Shown here piece by piece: positions 37,900-50,900 of a DNA stretch of 64,000 nucleotides. A program made the translations under genes and the position numbers. The notes below the pieces were generated by a model. That model searched no databases and was not told the origin of the DNA. It saw nothing but the letters and a program-made list of their open reading frames with translations. Positions within the stretch are counted from its first letter, which is position 1. Each line of letters opens with the position of its first letter. The stretch spans positions 1,674,001-1,738,000 of the forward strand of contig CDLV01000005.1 in assembly GCA_001244265.2 (NCBI GenBank). The letters run 5' to 3'. Source of the stretch: Microbotryum violaceum. Its lineage: Eukaryota.

Positions 37900-40800
37900 T
37901 CACTTCCTATATCGGTCTCTGAGTTGCATGGCGGTCTGGATCGCTCGTTCGGGCATTCCACTCAAGCGAGCGACGGTTAAACCACCGCTATCGTCGTTGA
38001 GCCCCTTTCGCACGTCGTGGAGGTAAGCGACCGAGTTCTGTTTATCCAGAAAAGACCACATCAGCTCTCGATCTGCCATGAGCCTTGCTCGTTGAGAAAC
38101 TCACCCCTGTCTCCTCCAACCTCGTGCACCAAAACTCGACCCCTTTCCAAACTCCCCCGGTATCAACCCCTTGCCTCCCCTCCTCATACCCCATCAATTC
38201 TCCCAGCCTATGATAATGCGTCGCAAACAAAGTCCTACACCTATTGACATGCACCAAATGTTCCAATGCGCCATAAGCGATCGCCAGTCCGTCCAAAGGA
38301 CTTGTGCCTCGACCCAGCTCATCCAACAGGACCAACGATTTTGGCGTGGCTGTATGGAGGATGGAGGAGGCTTCGTCCATTTCGATCATGAAGGTCGATC
38401 GATCACGATCAAGTTCGTCCCTTGCTCCGACGCGGGAGAAGATGCGGTCGACGAGGCCGATGGTAGTTTTCGCGGTGGCGGGGACAAAGGATCCGACTTG
38501 GGCGAGGAGAACAATCAAGGCATTTTGACGGAGGTAGGTCGATTTGCCAGCCATGTTCTGCAAGATCGAAACTCGTTGAGCAGTCTTCATGAGATCATAC
38601 TCGCACGCGGGTACTCACTGGGCCAGTGATGACATGAACAAAAGCGTCGGGATGCTCAAAGCGCACCGAGTTGGTCGTAAAGCCTCGATTCTGTACCTGC
38701 AACGCTTGTTCGACGGTCGGGTGTCTCCCATCGACGATATGTAACCTCGTACTGCAAATTCCACGATCAGGAATGAGCTTTTACATCGCATCGAGCCGCA
38801 CGAACTTCGCTGACACAGACTTACCTTTCTTCGATCCCCGGCCTAACCCACTTCATCTCATCCGCAACCTCAGCAAAACTCATCGCGACATCCAATTCCG
38901 CAATCGCATCAGCGGTTTCCTTCAAGCTTTTGTAATTCTCCACGACCCTAGCAACAAGGACCTTGATCGTCTCGGATTCCAACTTTTGAATCTCGGCGGT
39001 GACTTTCAAAAGCTTGACGTGAATTGCGGTCCATTCCGAATAGGCGTAAGACCTAGTCGAGCCTGATTTGATGAGGGACGCGAAACCCGATTCGGGTAGG
39101 TCGATCGTCGTAGGTTTGGAGGTGACGACGTGAACGATCGGTCCGTATTTGGGAAGCACCCGCAATGTCAATTTGGTGGGGTTGAGTTGATGGGCTCGAA
39201 TCAAGCGCTTCTCGAGTTGGTCCGCGGCCTGACGTAGCTCGGTCAATCGTTGATGAAGCTTTTGCAAAGCCGGCGAGCACTGGGGTCGAATGACCCAGGG
39301 TTCATCCTTGCCCCATAACCCTTCCCTAATCCCTCTCTGACTCGTCCCTCCTTCCTCCCCTCCTTCCTCCCCCTCCACGAGCGCCTGCTGTTCCTGTTCC
39401 TGCTGCAAGATCTTCTCGACCGCCCCCGTGCCATAATTCTCAATCAACTCATTCTTCCTCAGCGCCTGCTCATGCCGTTCATGCAACGCCTCCTCATCGA
39501 TTGCCGATTCAATCGCGGCTGCCAGCCCATCGTTGCGATGCAACCTCCGCAATACTCTCTCCACGACTTCCCTCTCCTCAATCTCCTCGGCTTCCAGATG
39601 ATCGTCCAAGATCGCTCGAAGGCTTTGAACCCCTTCAACAATTTTCTTCAGCGCCAACAAGTCGAACGAATGTTGTGGTCCCTTTTTGGCCAAGAACAAT
39701 TTCTGAAGGATCCTCGGCAAGTCATCAAAGCCTTTGAATAACACCATGCTGTACTTCCTCGTAGATCCCAAACGGACGAACGTGTCGACCAGTGCGGCCC
39801 TTTGTTCAATCACCTCTTTCTCCGTCGAGGGTGTACATAAACGTTCGAGCAACAATCGCGTTCCAGAAGGTGTTGACGTGCGTTTGACGGCTGCGAAAAG
39901 AGAACCTTTCGTTCCTCCTCTCAATGATTCACGAATTTCGAGAGATTTCAACGTCGTTGAGTCCATTTGCACGATGCGGGACGGGTCGATAAAGGTCGAT
40001 TCGATGGGCGGTGGAGTGGACGAAACGAGCGTTTCGGCGAGGTAAGCGAGGAGCACATCTTCCGCGACAAGTTCAACGCGGGGGTCGTTCTCCGAGTTGG
40101 AGCAAGAGGGGTCTTGAAGAATCGACGAGGTCGAGACGGTCGAGATCATGAGGTTCTCGCGACGTCGTTCGCCTTGCAAGATGTCCAAAATCGCTTGTCC
40201 GAATGGGGTCGAGGACAGCTCGGAATCGACGACGACTTCTTTGGGTTGGACGAGTAACAGGTCGTCTCGTAGTGACTGCAGGGTCGAAGTACGAGTGAAC
40301 GAAGATCCCGTCGAGACATCTCGATACGCCATCCCAATGGTTTGATCTCCACCTCCATGCACCCCAATCGCAAGCACATAAGCAAGGTTGTCCACCTGTA
40401 CGAACGCCTCATCAATACCCGTCCCAGGAGTAATGACCCTCGTGACCCTCCTGACCGTCGTCGCCCCACTCTCATCAAACATCCCATTCCCCCCACCCCC
40501 AATCATTTTGGTCTCTTCGACAACGACGACTTTGTGCCCCGCTTCGATCAACGTCGTCGCGTGTTTTGACAGTTGGGCTAAAGGGAACCCGGCAAAGGCG
40601 TGACGGATCTTGTTGCCTCTTCTACCAAACATTTTGGAAGTAAGCTTGATGTTGAGCAGTTTGGCGACCATGGGGGCTTGGTCAAAGTAGCTCTGTGCAC
40701 AGCGAGGATAGACTGATCAGTCTTGACGCGCTGGTCTCTCGCTGCTATATGTGGGGTTTTGCGATGCTTTGAAGCTCACCTCAAAGAAGGACCCGACTTG

Positions 40801-41370
40801 AGTCAACAGGATCGCATCGGGATATTTGGCCAAATCGATCCGAATCGATTCTTCCAACCTCGTCATGGTCTGAACGTCCGAATCGTCCGAGGTCGATCGC
40901 ATTCCGTCGTCGGTCGGAGCTGAGGCAGGGGAAGACTTTGCAGACGAGGCTTCAGGGGTCTTGGCTCGGGTTGTTCGTTTCAGCTTGGCGGTGGCAGTAC
41001 CTGAGATGAGTTGAAGTCAGGGATTTGAGCTGGTATTGCATATAATAGCTAGAGATATTGTGCAGTTGGACTGACCGAGTTGAGGATTGATGAGCCCATG
41101 TCGGGTCAGCGGGCTCAACGGAGCTCTCCTCTTGCCGTTGGGCGACGAGGAAGACGATGCCAAAGAGTCTATCCCATACTCATCCTTTTCCAGAGCTCCC
41201 GTCTCGGCCGTAGTGGAGTTTGATGGCTTGCATGCCCGACACGAGCTATGGAACGGCTGGGCAGCAAACGCTCGCTTCGAGTTGAGAACAACGAGGTGGT
41301 GCACGACAAGAGACGGTCGACTCGGACTGGGCCAGGGCACGAATGCGACCACCGAACGAGAGAGTCGCAT
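37900..41370 (-). CDS. MSH1: Mitochondrial MutS homolog
   Basis: Arg/Ser-rich presequence-like N-terminus; [36 protein letters not shown], Walker [50 protein letters not shown]; last exon VARLSGMP ending TGA at 37900-37902. Confidence 0.92.
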
Positions 41371-42308
41371 TCGAGGTAGCACCGGGAGGGAGCTTGGGCC
41401 AGGTGTGAGGGCTCGAAGCGAGCTGGTGGTGCGAATGAGAGCTCGCTCGAGACGACAGCCACGATGGGGCGCGTCTCAGTCTGCTCGCGCTGTAAATAGC
41501 CCAATTGCAAGCCCAGAGAACGCGCGTGACGGGTGCGACTGCGATCCCGATCTAATCTCAAATTCTGAAATACGACGTTGATCATAATGCGCGTAATGCC
41601 CAGCCGGCGGACTGAATAGGAACGGTGGAATTGCGCGCGCGTCTTTGAAAATCCTTCGCTCGCCTTGGCTTGGCCGCGCTCTGACCTGCGTGCACGGGTT
41701 GGCTTCTGACCAGATCCACCTCTCAAACAACTCGAACTCGCCTCGACCGCTTTCGTGGGGTCCCCCGTTCGGTCTTCGTTTCCCAACCATCAAAAAAAAC
41801 TCAAAAAAAAACCTCTACTCTGAAACCTTCCTCCTCTCCCGCCGCCTCCCCTCCCCCCCTTCGAGTAGAACACAAAAAAAGTCGCATTTGAACCCCTTGC
41901 ACCAGTCCTTGCCGTCTCGACGAAACCCGAGCCTTTGAACGACGCAACCCCGTTCGCCCTCGTCAACAAAGCCCTCGACTCGTCCCCCTTCGTCGATCGT
42001 CCTTCTCTCTCTACCCGCCCCCCTTTGTGACTGAAGAATCGCTCCAAACACCCCAACCCAACCCAACCTTGCTTCGATCTCCCTTCTTCCCCCGGAATCG
42101 ATCCGCTCCCGCACGCGTTTACCCCCGAACCACCCACCGCCGTCACCCTGTGAGTTTCGCAGCCGCACTCTCCGGCCCGCGCAGGCACACTGGGCCAATA
42201 ACCCTGTGACGTGCACCCACACTCCATTACCTCGTGACTGACCTTCCGCCTTCACCTTTGTTATCGCAGCAACTACCCCCACTACCACCACCCTTAAAAA
42301 GATCCAAC

Positions 42309-44759
42309 AGTACGTCTTGGCCTATCTCGGGGACACCGCATGACTCTGGCTGGTCAGCGGCGTTTGAATCGGCTCAGGCGCATGCCGCCGGCGGGCTGGC
42401 AACGACGAAGGGCGGCAATCGCTCCTCCCTCTACGCGTCGATGACTGACCCGATTCCGCTCCCTCTTCATGCAGTGTCTGCCGCCTCCGCGACTGAACAA
42501 AAGGTCGACGCGACCAAGGACACCAAGGAAGCCCCCGCTGCTGCCTCCCCCGCCCCCGCTGCCGCTGCTGCTGAAGAGTCCAAGCCCGCTGCTGCGAACG
42601 CCGAGGACAAGAAGCCTTCGACCGACAACGCCGAAGCGACCCCTGCCGCTGCTGCCCCCGCCGCTGCTGTTGCCGGTGCAGCCGCCGCACCCAGTGGCAA
42701 TGCGCAACCTTCTCCCTCAAGCTCGCTTTACGTCGGCGAACTTGACCCGACCGTCACCGAGGCGATGCTCTACGAAATCTTCTCCATGATCGGACCCGTC
42801 GCGTCGATCCGAGTCTGCCGTGATGCGGTCACGCGTCGTTCGCTCGGCTACGCCTACGTCAACTTCCTCAACGCTCTCGATGGCGAACGCGCGTTGGAGC
42901 AACTCAACTACTCGCACATCAAGAACCGCCCGTGCCGCATCATGTGGTCGCAACGTGACCCAGCCTTGCGCAAGACTGGCGCCGGCAACATCTTCATCAA
43001 GAACTTGGACGAGAACATTGACAACAAGGCCCTCCACGACACTTTTGCCGCCTTCGGCAATATCCTCTCGTGCAAGGTCGCGACCGACCCTCAGGGTAAC
43101 TCGCTCGGTTACGGCTTCGTCCACTACGACGCCGGAGAGGCCGCCCAGGCCGCCATCGAGGGCGTCAACGGCATGCTCCTCAACGACAAGATCGTCTTTG
43201 TCGGCATCCACATCCCCCGTCGCGAGCGCCAGGCCAAGATCGACGAGATCCGTTCCAAGTACACGAACCTGTACGTCAAAAACATCCCGCTCGACTTGAC
43301 CCAGGAGGAGTTCGAGAACTTGTTCAAGCCGTTCGGCAACGTCACCTCGGCCGTCATCTCGCTCGACAACGAGGGCAAGTCCAAGGGCTTCGGTTTCGTC
43401 AATTTTGAGAAGCACGACGAGGCGCACAAGGCCGTTATGGAGTTGCACGAGAAGGAGATCAAGGGCCAGCAGATCTACGTCGCGCGTGCCCAGCACAAGT
43501 CCGAGCGCGAGGAGGAGCTCAAGAAGTCGTACGAGCAGAAGAAGTACGAGACTACGCTCAAGTACCAGGGCGTGAACCTGTACGTCAAGAACCTCGACGA
43601 CGACGTCACCGAGGAGAAGTTGCAGGCCGAGTTCGAGCCGTTCGGACAAATCACGTCGTGCAAGATCATGGCCGACGACAAGGGCGTCTCCAAGGGCTTC
43701 GGCTTCGTGTGCTTCTCCTCCCCCGATGAGGCCACCAAGGCCGTGAACGAGTTGAACGGCAAGATGATCAGCTCCAAGCCTTTGTACGTCTCGTTGGCGC
43801 AACGCAAGGACGTGCGCAAGCAGCAGCTCGAGCAGCAGGTCCAGCAACGCAACCAAGTGCGCTCGCAGCAGATTCAAGCCGCTGGTATGGGTGGTATGCC
43901 CCCCGTCGGTGCGCCTTATGGCCCCGGAGGCGTCATGGGTGGTCCCGCCGGTCTCGCCGGTGCTCCGATGGGCTACTACCCCGGCCCCGCTGGGTACCCT
44001 CAACCCGGAGGGCCTCGTGGTGGACCGATGGGCCCTTACGGTGGCCCGGGCGGCCCCGGTGGTATGCCCCGACCTCGCTTCTACGCTCCCCCCAACATGC
44101 CCGGTATGCCCCCCATGGCTGGCCCCGGCGGTCCTTACGGCCAAGTCCCTCCCCAACAATTCAACGGTGGTGCGGCTGGACCTTACGGCGGTGTCCCCTC
44201 GCAACAGGGTGGTCGACCCGGTGGACCGATCCCTCAACCTGGACCGGGCGGTCGACCCCTCGGTGCCGGACCTCAAGGTGGTGTCCCTCAACAACCCCCC
44301 CGTGGCGCCGCCGTTCCCCCTCGTCAAGGAGGCTACAAAGGTACCCGAGCAGCTCAAGGTGCGGATGGACAAGCCTCGAACCCCGACGGAACGCCCTCAA
44401 GCCAACCCCCTCAATCGGCCGGTCTGACTGCGGCGTTGTTGGCCAACGCGGCACCACAAGAACAGAAGCAGATGCTCGGCGAGGCGTTGTACCCCAAGAT
44501 CCACGCCAGTCAACCCGACTTGGCGGGCAAGATCACGGGCATGTTGCTCGAGATGGATTCGAGCGAATTGATCTACTTGCTCGAGAACGACGAGGCTTTG
44601 GGGGCCAAGGTCAGTTTGGCTTGTTCTTTGGTGATCTATCGTATTTTGCTGTTTCGCTAACATGTGGTCTTCGTTCATTTATTCGACCAGATTCAAGAAG
44701 CGATCGAAGTGCTCGACGCTTTCAACCGATCCAATACCACCGCCCCCGCCGAAGCCTAA
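42309..44759 (+). CDS. PAB1: Polyadenylate-binding protein (4 RRM + Pro/Gly linker + MLLE/PABC)
   Basis: SLYVGELDPTVTEAMLYE...RRSLGYAYVNF, GNIFIKNLD, TNLYVKN, GVNLYVKNLDD, QKQMLGEALYPKI...AGKITGMLLEMD. Start codon apparently split A|TG by intron 42310-42474. Last intron 44610-44690; stop TAA at 44757-44759. Confidence 0.96.
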
Positions 44760-45413
44760 ACCCCTTCTACCAACCACCCAAGACGGAGTCGGACGCAAGG
44801 CAAGACGTGTGTTCCCTTCCTAATTCGTGCGATTCACTTCGTTCTTACGAAATTCGAAGAACACATCTCCCTTTCTCCCCCCCTCTATTTGTGTCTTCCT
44901 CTCTCCCTCTCCTCTCTCTCTCGGGGTCCCCACACCTGAGTGCTCTTTCTTTCCATCTCTCTCCTTGATCACTCTTTCCTCTTTTGTTCGACGGGCATTT
45001 GCGTTACCCCCTCTCTCTCTTATGTGTAATCACCAGGGTTTGATGGGATGCAATAGATGGGGTGGGAAGAAGAAAATGAACGCGACGTTCTCCCCGTTAG
45101 AGAGAGGGAGGTATAGGTTCCATTTTTCGGACTGTCACTGGTATGAAGAGAAAACAAACGAAAGTGTGATTGCAGGACTTTGTAACCAAGTGAAGCAGAG
45201 ACTGAACGATGGGAAGGAGTGTCGATCGTGGCTGGAGCGAGGCGTGCGCTTGGGACCGTTCGTTCCAAAGACGATGATAGAGCCGAAGGTGAAATGAATT
45301 TGTAAAAGGCGGACAAAGAGAAAGGGTGGGTCTTGACATATCCGATCCAAAAAGTGGCTTGGGACGACGAAGCGACTTGTGGCGCTTGTGCCGTGGTCGA
45401 TCGAGCGGAGCGT

Positions 45414-45705
45414 TCACCAGTTGTTGTGAAGGCGTCCCCCGGTTTCAAGTTGGAATTCCTCGGCGTCGGGACTACGACGGAGCTTCTTGAAGCCGGCAGG
45501 CTGAGTGGGGGTCGCTGAGGTTGCCCTGGCGTTTGGGAGTGAAAATACGGTGTTGAGAATAAGTACCGTCGTCGCACTGTGGCGAAGTCTCGAGAGCGCA
45601 ACGTGGAATACGAGCGCAACGTGGAATACGCGCGCACGGAGGCATGACTCACAAAGCCGAACCGACCGTGCAGACCACCGCGACGATGACGAAGAAAGAA
45701 CGCAT
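45414..45705 (-). CDS. Putative small secreted peptide precursor (54 aa, 2 exons)
   Basis: Exon 1 45705-45653, GTGAGT...CAG intron, exon 2 45525-45414: MRSFFVIVAVVCTVGSALATSATPTQPAGFKKLRRSPDAEEFQLETGGRLHNNW*. Signal-peptide-like N-terminus and dibasic sites. Confidence 0.55.
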
Positions 45706-45941
45706 CTTGGTTGTGTGGGGGGTTGTGAGAGCGAATTCGAGTAAGTGGGGTGCTCAAATCAGATGTGATGTAGAGGACGTCAAGTGGCAATGGATCAACG
45801 CGCTTGACAGGCTGAGACAGGAGGACCCGACTCGCTCGTCGTGCGTCGGCTGTGCAGGTTCCAGCCCTCCTAAGTCTCAGAATTTTGGAGGCCCCTGAAT
45901 TCTGGACGTGGACTCAAAGCGTGCCCGGCGACCTCTACTGT

Positions 45942-46465
45942 CAAGGATCCGCATTAGATCAGATCACCTTCAGATCAGATCTGATCTGATCTGGATTTTT
46001 CTGATTCTGCCTTGATTGATCTGATCTTGATCTGATCTGAGCAGATCAAATTGATCTGGGACATGTGATTGCCTAATTTGGCACATAAAGACTTCTACAT
46101 GTCTACATGTTGAAATCCTCATTCCTTCACAACCTCATCCTCATCCTCATCCTCATCATCCTCCAACGTGATCACCTTGCTAAGCCGCCGCTTTTTGGAG
46201 GAGCTCCCCGCTTTTGACTGGATTGGGTCGCATGATTCCTATGAGAAAGTGCTAGCAATGAGATGGCGCAATCCATTCTCTCTTCTGATCAGGTGCGCCG
46301 CAGTTGAAATCACAATGGCACCATCTAGGTACCGCCTACTTTTGGATTTTTTTCCTCGAGGCTTGATTGATCTGAACTTGACCTGACCCCCGTCAGATCA
46401 GATCTGATCAGATCTGAAACTGTTTAGATCTGATCTGATCTGATCTGATCTAATGCAGACCCTTG
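45942..46465. mobile_element. Non-autonomous hAT-type DNA transposon (524 bp)
   Basis: TIRs CAAGGATCCGCATTAGATCAGATCA and TGATCTGATCTAATGCAGACCCTTG (23/25). Perfect 8-bp TSD TCTACTGT at 45934-45941 and 46466-46473. Dense GATCA/TGATC subterminal repeats. Internal coding-like remnant SKKRRLSKVITLEDDEDEDEDEVVKE* on the minus strand. Confidence 0.92.
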
Positions 46466-47964
46466 TCTACTGTCATCGGACGAGCAAATAGCTCTTGCAC
46501 ATTTTGCTTTTCCACGGTGATAGCACGTTGCCGTCAGAACTGACAACCATCAATCGTGTTACTAGGCGGAATCCACACAGCGATCACCACGCGCAGGCGT
46601 TCCCGCTTCTGCTGAAAGTGAGAGAACAGATCTTCATCTTGCATCATCTGGCTTAAATCTCTACACGGTCTCAAATGATCAGGTACGCAATCGGGATATC
46701 GCTGCGCAGAGAAGCTGGTCGTCGTTCTCAAAGGTGGTCCCCAAAACCATTTCGAATCGGCAATACGTGACGGAACGTCTTTGCGCTGTATCGAATGTAT
46801 CGTTCGCGAATCCGAACGCCTCCAGCTCAAGAATACCAAACGGCGGTGGTCGTGCTGACAAGCGCCATGTAAGGTCGTGCCTTACAGAGAGTCGCGAGGA
46901 CGGTCGTAGATCGAAGTCGAGACAGTGAGAGGCGGTAGAGGATACTTGTTAAACGTTTTTACTGGGTTTCAGCTAGAATTTAACTACCCAGAGAGAGCAA
47001 GAGAAAGAGAGAGAGATGGGGAAGGGTTTCCCAATTGAGCCAGGCCGAAGCAGCAGGCCGACGATGTCAACTTCTTCATGCGCAAGCAAGCCCACGACCG
47101 CATGCGCGCGCTCGAGCAGAGGCGCGACTTCAGTCGACATACCAACGAACTCCTACAACTGGAGGTCGAGGGACAAGAACTGGCCCGACAATACATCGAA
47201 AACGACCAACGACAGCAGGGGTACAATCCCCTTGGACCCCTCGGTGTAAGACTGACGCCGACGCACAGGGTCGAAGGCCTGGTCTCATGGGGTGCGGCCT
47301 TACACGCCACATGCCTGAGCGACCAGTTTCCGTGCTCGCCGAGGTTGATGCCACACACCCCATGAACGCTTCACCTCCCGTGCAAGTATTGTTGGTGCCA
47401 ATTGTTATGGGTTGAGAGACTACTTCTTCGTTTGTGCCCATTCCGCTCCTCACTTGATCCACGTGATTTTTCAGAAAAGGGGTCACGGAGGGCGCTCGGG
47501 ACCAGCCGGTGACACACTCGGTAGGACTTTGTGCGGGGCCGCGATGATAATGTTCCAAGACCCTAGTTTGGAAGATTGACACTGGGTATTTTACGCTGGT
47601 TGCAGAGAAGAGGCGACGTGTGTCTTGGCCTACAATGTACATTCTCCGCTTTACGGAGCCAGTGCTGCGGAGTTGTGTGCGCAGACGTATCCATGATCGT
47701 AGCAAAGAGTTCAAAGCAACACAGTAATCAGATCATGATAATGGAAACAACTTGTCAAAAGCTACGTCAAGTAGGCGAACCAGAACACGGTTACGATAGA
47801 CGCGGCTCAACAATGGCAGGAAGGGAAGGGCGAGCGCTCTACACCACACAAACACAACACGCTAATCACTGCTCGACAATCGACCCGTCCAACTCATACA
47901 TTTCGACACGATCTCGGAAGGAGGGCTTCTCGATTCCTTCAGGTACGATGCTTGCCGCTCACCT

Positions 47965-50900
47965 TCAGGGCTGTTCCTTCGCCAGCTCGATCAGCGTCTT
48001 GCCCAGAAGTTCGCCGACCTTGTACACCTTCAACGCCCCCAACGCCGCACCGGCCATCCGCAGCACCTTGTCGACCGCATCCGCTTCCAACAGACTACCG
48101 TGCCCGATAGCGTTGAGGTGAGGTACGAAAGCCTCGACATCGTCGCCGCCGTAGATCCATTGCTGCAGTTTGCTATCATCGCGATCTCTGATCTTGTCCA
48201 AGACGAATGCGTGGCATGACTCAAGACTCCGACCGGATTGATAAAGCGCCTCGCGCGCCTCGCGGATGAAAGCGACGAGCGTCAAAGCGGCATAGAAGAG
48301 GGCGAACGGTTCCCAGGGCGAATCGTTCGGCGACTGGAGAGCAAAGAGTTGGCCGGCATGGTAGGCGGTCAAGCGAGAGACCTGGCCGCGCGAAGCGTTG
48401 AACCACATGTTGACCGCTTCAAAGATCTCGGGTGACGGTCGTGACGCCCCTGAACGGGCCAGCAGCTGTTGGCGAATGGTAGCGGGGTGCTCAAATCAGC
48501 ACTCGGAATGGAAAAGCTCCAGCGAGACGAGGACCACTTACATGCAGGACCCTGAGAGGCAACCGCTGACTCATCGCCATCAAGTGCAACATGAGCGTCA
48601 AAGTCGAATCCGTCATCGGTGTTTTACCCGAGCCAGCTGCTCTCGACCCTAATACCACCCGATACTGGACAAAGTCCATCCCCGCCTCGATCGAAGCCAT
48701 CGCACCTTCACTCGACTGAGCTAGCGACGTCGACGCTTCGGGCAAAAACATTGCCATGAGGTAGTGGTGATGTTGCGTGGACCACTCCAGGGAATTCAGT
48801 ATCGACAAGACGATTTGCATCGCGAACGTGTCCTTGGAGAAGGCAAACAAGGAGTCATCAGAGTGTGTCGACCGCGTCGAGACGAGCTTGATCGCTTCGA
48901 GGGTGTCGATGGACCTTGGGGGCACTGAAGAGCTTCGGAACAACGCTTGCCACTCGATAGCAGTCTTGGCCTCCTGTAAGCGGTATAGCACTATTCGTCA
49001 GCGTCGCTCACAGTACCATGGGATCAAAAAGTTAGCGCCCACTCACCCAAAGTACGTCGCGACACGGCAGACTCGTCTTGACCGCATCGACGAACAAGCT
49101 CGAGTGCTCCCTCCCCCACATCGCGGTACCCATCGAGTCAAAGATCAAGGCCCCAAAGCCCAGCCGCTTGACCTCCTCACGGTCGCGCCACCGCTTCCAC
49201 CGTTCTTCGAGCGAAAAGGAGCGTTCGTGCGAGTCGTCAACGTGGGGTTCTTTGAACCAGCCCTGTCGACGTGCGTAGGTGATGGGCATCGATCCCGAAC
49301 CTGCCAAGAGTGACACGTCAACACATGAACAGATGCACGAAAACAGCCAGCCCACCGTTACTCACCCTGTGTCCTCTCCAGATCCCGCTTGTTCCCACTG
49401 ACATAACCCGACATGAGAATGATCAACAAGCTCTGCTGCCAAGCCACGGTCTGCAACATGCGATTATCGGCATCCCCAACGACCTGGACCATCTTCCTCG
49501 CGGTCTCCAACAATGCCTGGGCCCAGACATCGGCGCCGAGCAACCTCTCGTGGGCGTAGCGGGCCCCGATCGAAGCGACAGCGAGCAAGAGGAACGAAGG
49601 GCACGTGTTGGGATCAAAGGTCGGGCGATGCAGGATCGGGAGTGTTGATTGGAAGTGGGTGAAGTAATATTGGAGAAAGAGGTCGAGTAGTTCCAAGCGA
49701 GGGACGAAGCGCTCTTGCGAACCGATGGACCGAACTTTGGCGATCACTCGGGCACGCGTCGCCGCCGTGAGAGGGGGAACGATCGAACTCGGTGCGGAAC
49801 GGCCCGCGACGGTCGCAGCACCAGGTCGAGGGGAGGCCGCCCGTGAGCGATAACCCGTCCCTCGTGCCGCGGCAGGCAGTAGGTCCTCGGTCGCTTGCAC
49901 GGGTCGATAGCTCAGAGGCCACGGATCATTCGATGAGTGCGCGAGATGGGATGACCGCGTCTCTTCCTCTAAAGCCGAGGGAGCTTGCGGGGGTGGTGTT
50001 CCCCGGAGGTTCGACAACAGTGTCCCCGCCACCATCGACGAAGTGGAAGCCAGAGGGCCGAACCTCGACTCCGGCTCGGGCGATTGTCTCGGCGTATGCG
50101 AAGCGAGTTGCAACAACGTCTCCGCCGCAGCCGAGTTGAGGCCCAAATGGAAGGCACCACTCGAAGCGCTACCCGGCGTCGACTCGTTCGTCTGCGTCGG
50201 CTCCGTATCACCACCGTTGATGGACGCATCATGGTCCTCGGGTTCATCGAACGGCAAAGCAAGGACTGGCAAGAGGTTATCGGACTGCGCCTCCCTCATA
50301 TTGGAATGCTCAGGTTGGAGGCTGTGGCCCAACAATCGAGCCTCGAGCTCGACTGTCCCCGGCGAACCGATCGATCTCGTCGACCCACCGTGAATTTCGT
50401 TGGCGCCGTCGCCACTACTACGGATGTCGGAATACGACTCGTGGTTGGGACCGGTCAAGTCCGCGGCATCCGCCATCAAAGGGGACGCGTTGAGCACGTC
50501 CCAGTTGATTTCGGCCTCGGCACTGGGTCCGGTAATAAGGTCCGAAAAATCGGCGTTGCCCGCAGAGTCGCTGCCGAGCAACCCACTGCCACCGTTGACG
50601 TTGCTCGTCGAAGCCCGACCATACGCAGCCGTATCGAAAGGCGACGCCGACGGAACAGGCGAGGAAGGCGCAGACGCGGGGTTAGATTGTTGTCCCGCGC
50701 CAGACACGTTCGAAGGGAAATGCGAGAGATAGGGAGACGAGGATCCGCTTCCGACTCCAACTGGAGTTGTGGCGGTGCCGTAGTAGTGACCCGCTTGAGG
50801 GCGATGGAGGAAGGAATCGGGGGGTCGAGAGTAGTAGTGCGCCGTCGCATGCGGCGCCCCAAAGCCAAGAGGAGAAGGAGCTTGCTGGAACGACGAAGGA

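Noticed and set aside
42717..44372. 551-aa minus-strand ORF
   Set aside because: Antisense to highly codon-biased PAB1, which explains the lack of stops.
45414..45705. Small peptide as a basidiomycete mating pheromone or sign of a MAT locus
   Set aside because: No CAAX box, it has a signal-peptide-like N-terminus, and no STE3 receptor or homeodomain genes are in the window.
46534..47415. Short coding-like ORFs between the hAT element and the transcription factor
   Set aside because: Interrupted by stops or lacking a clear start, with no recognisable motif.
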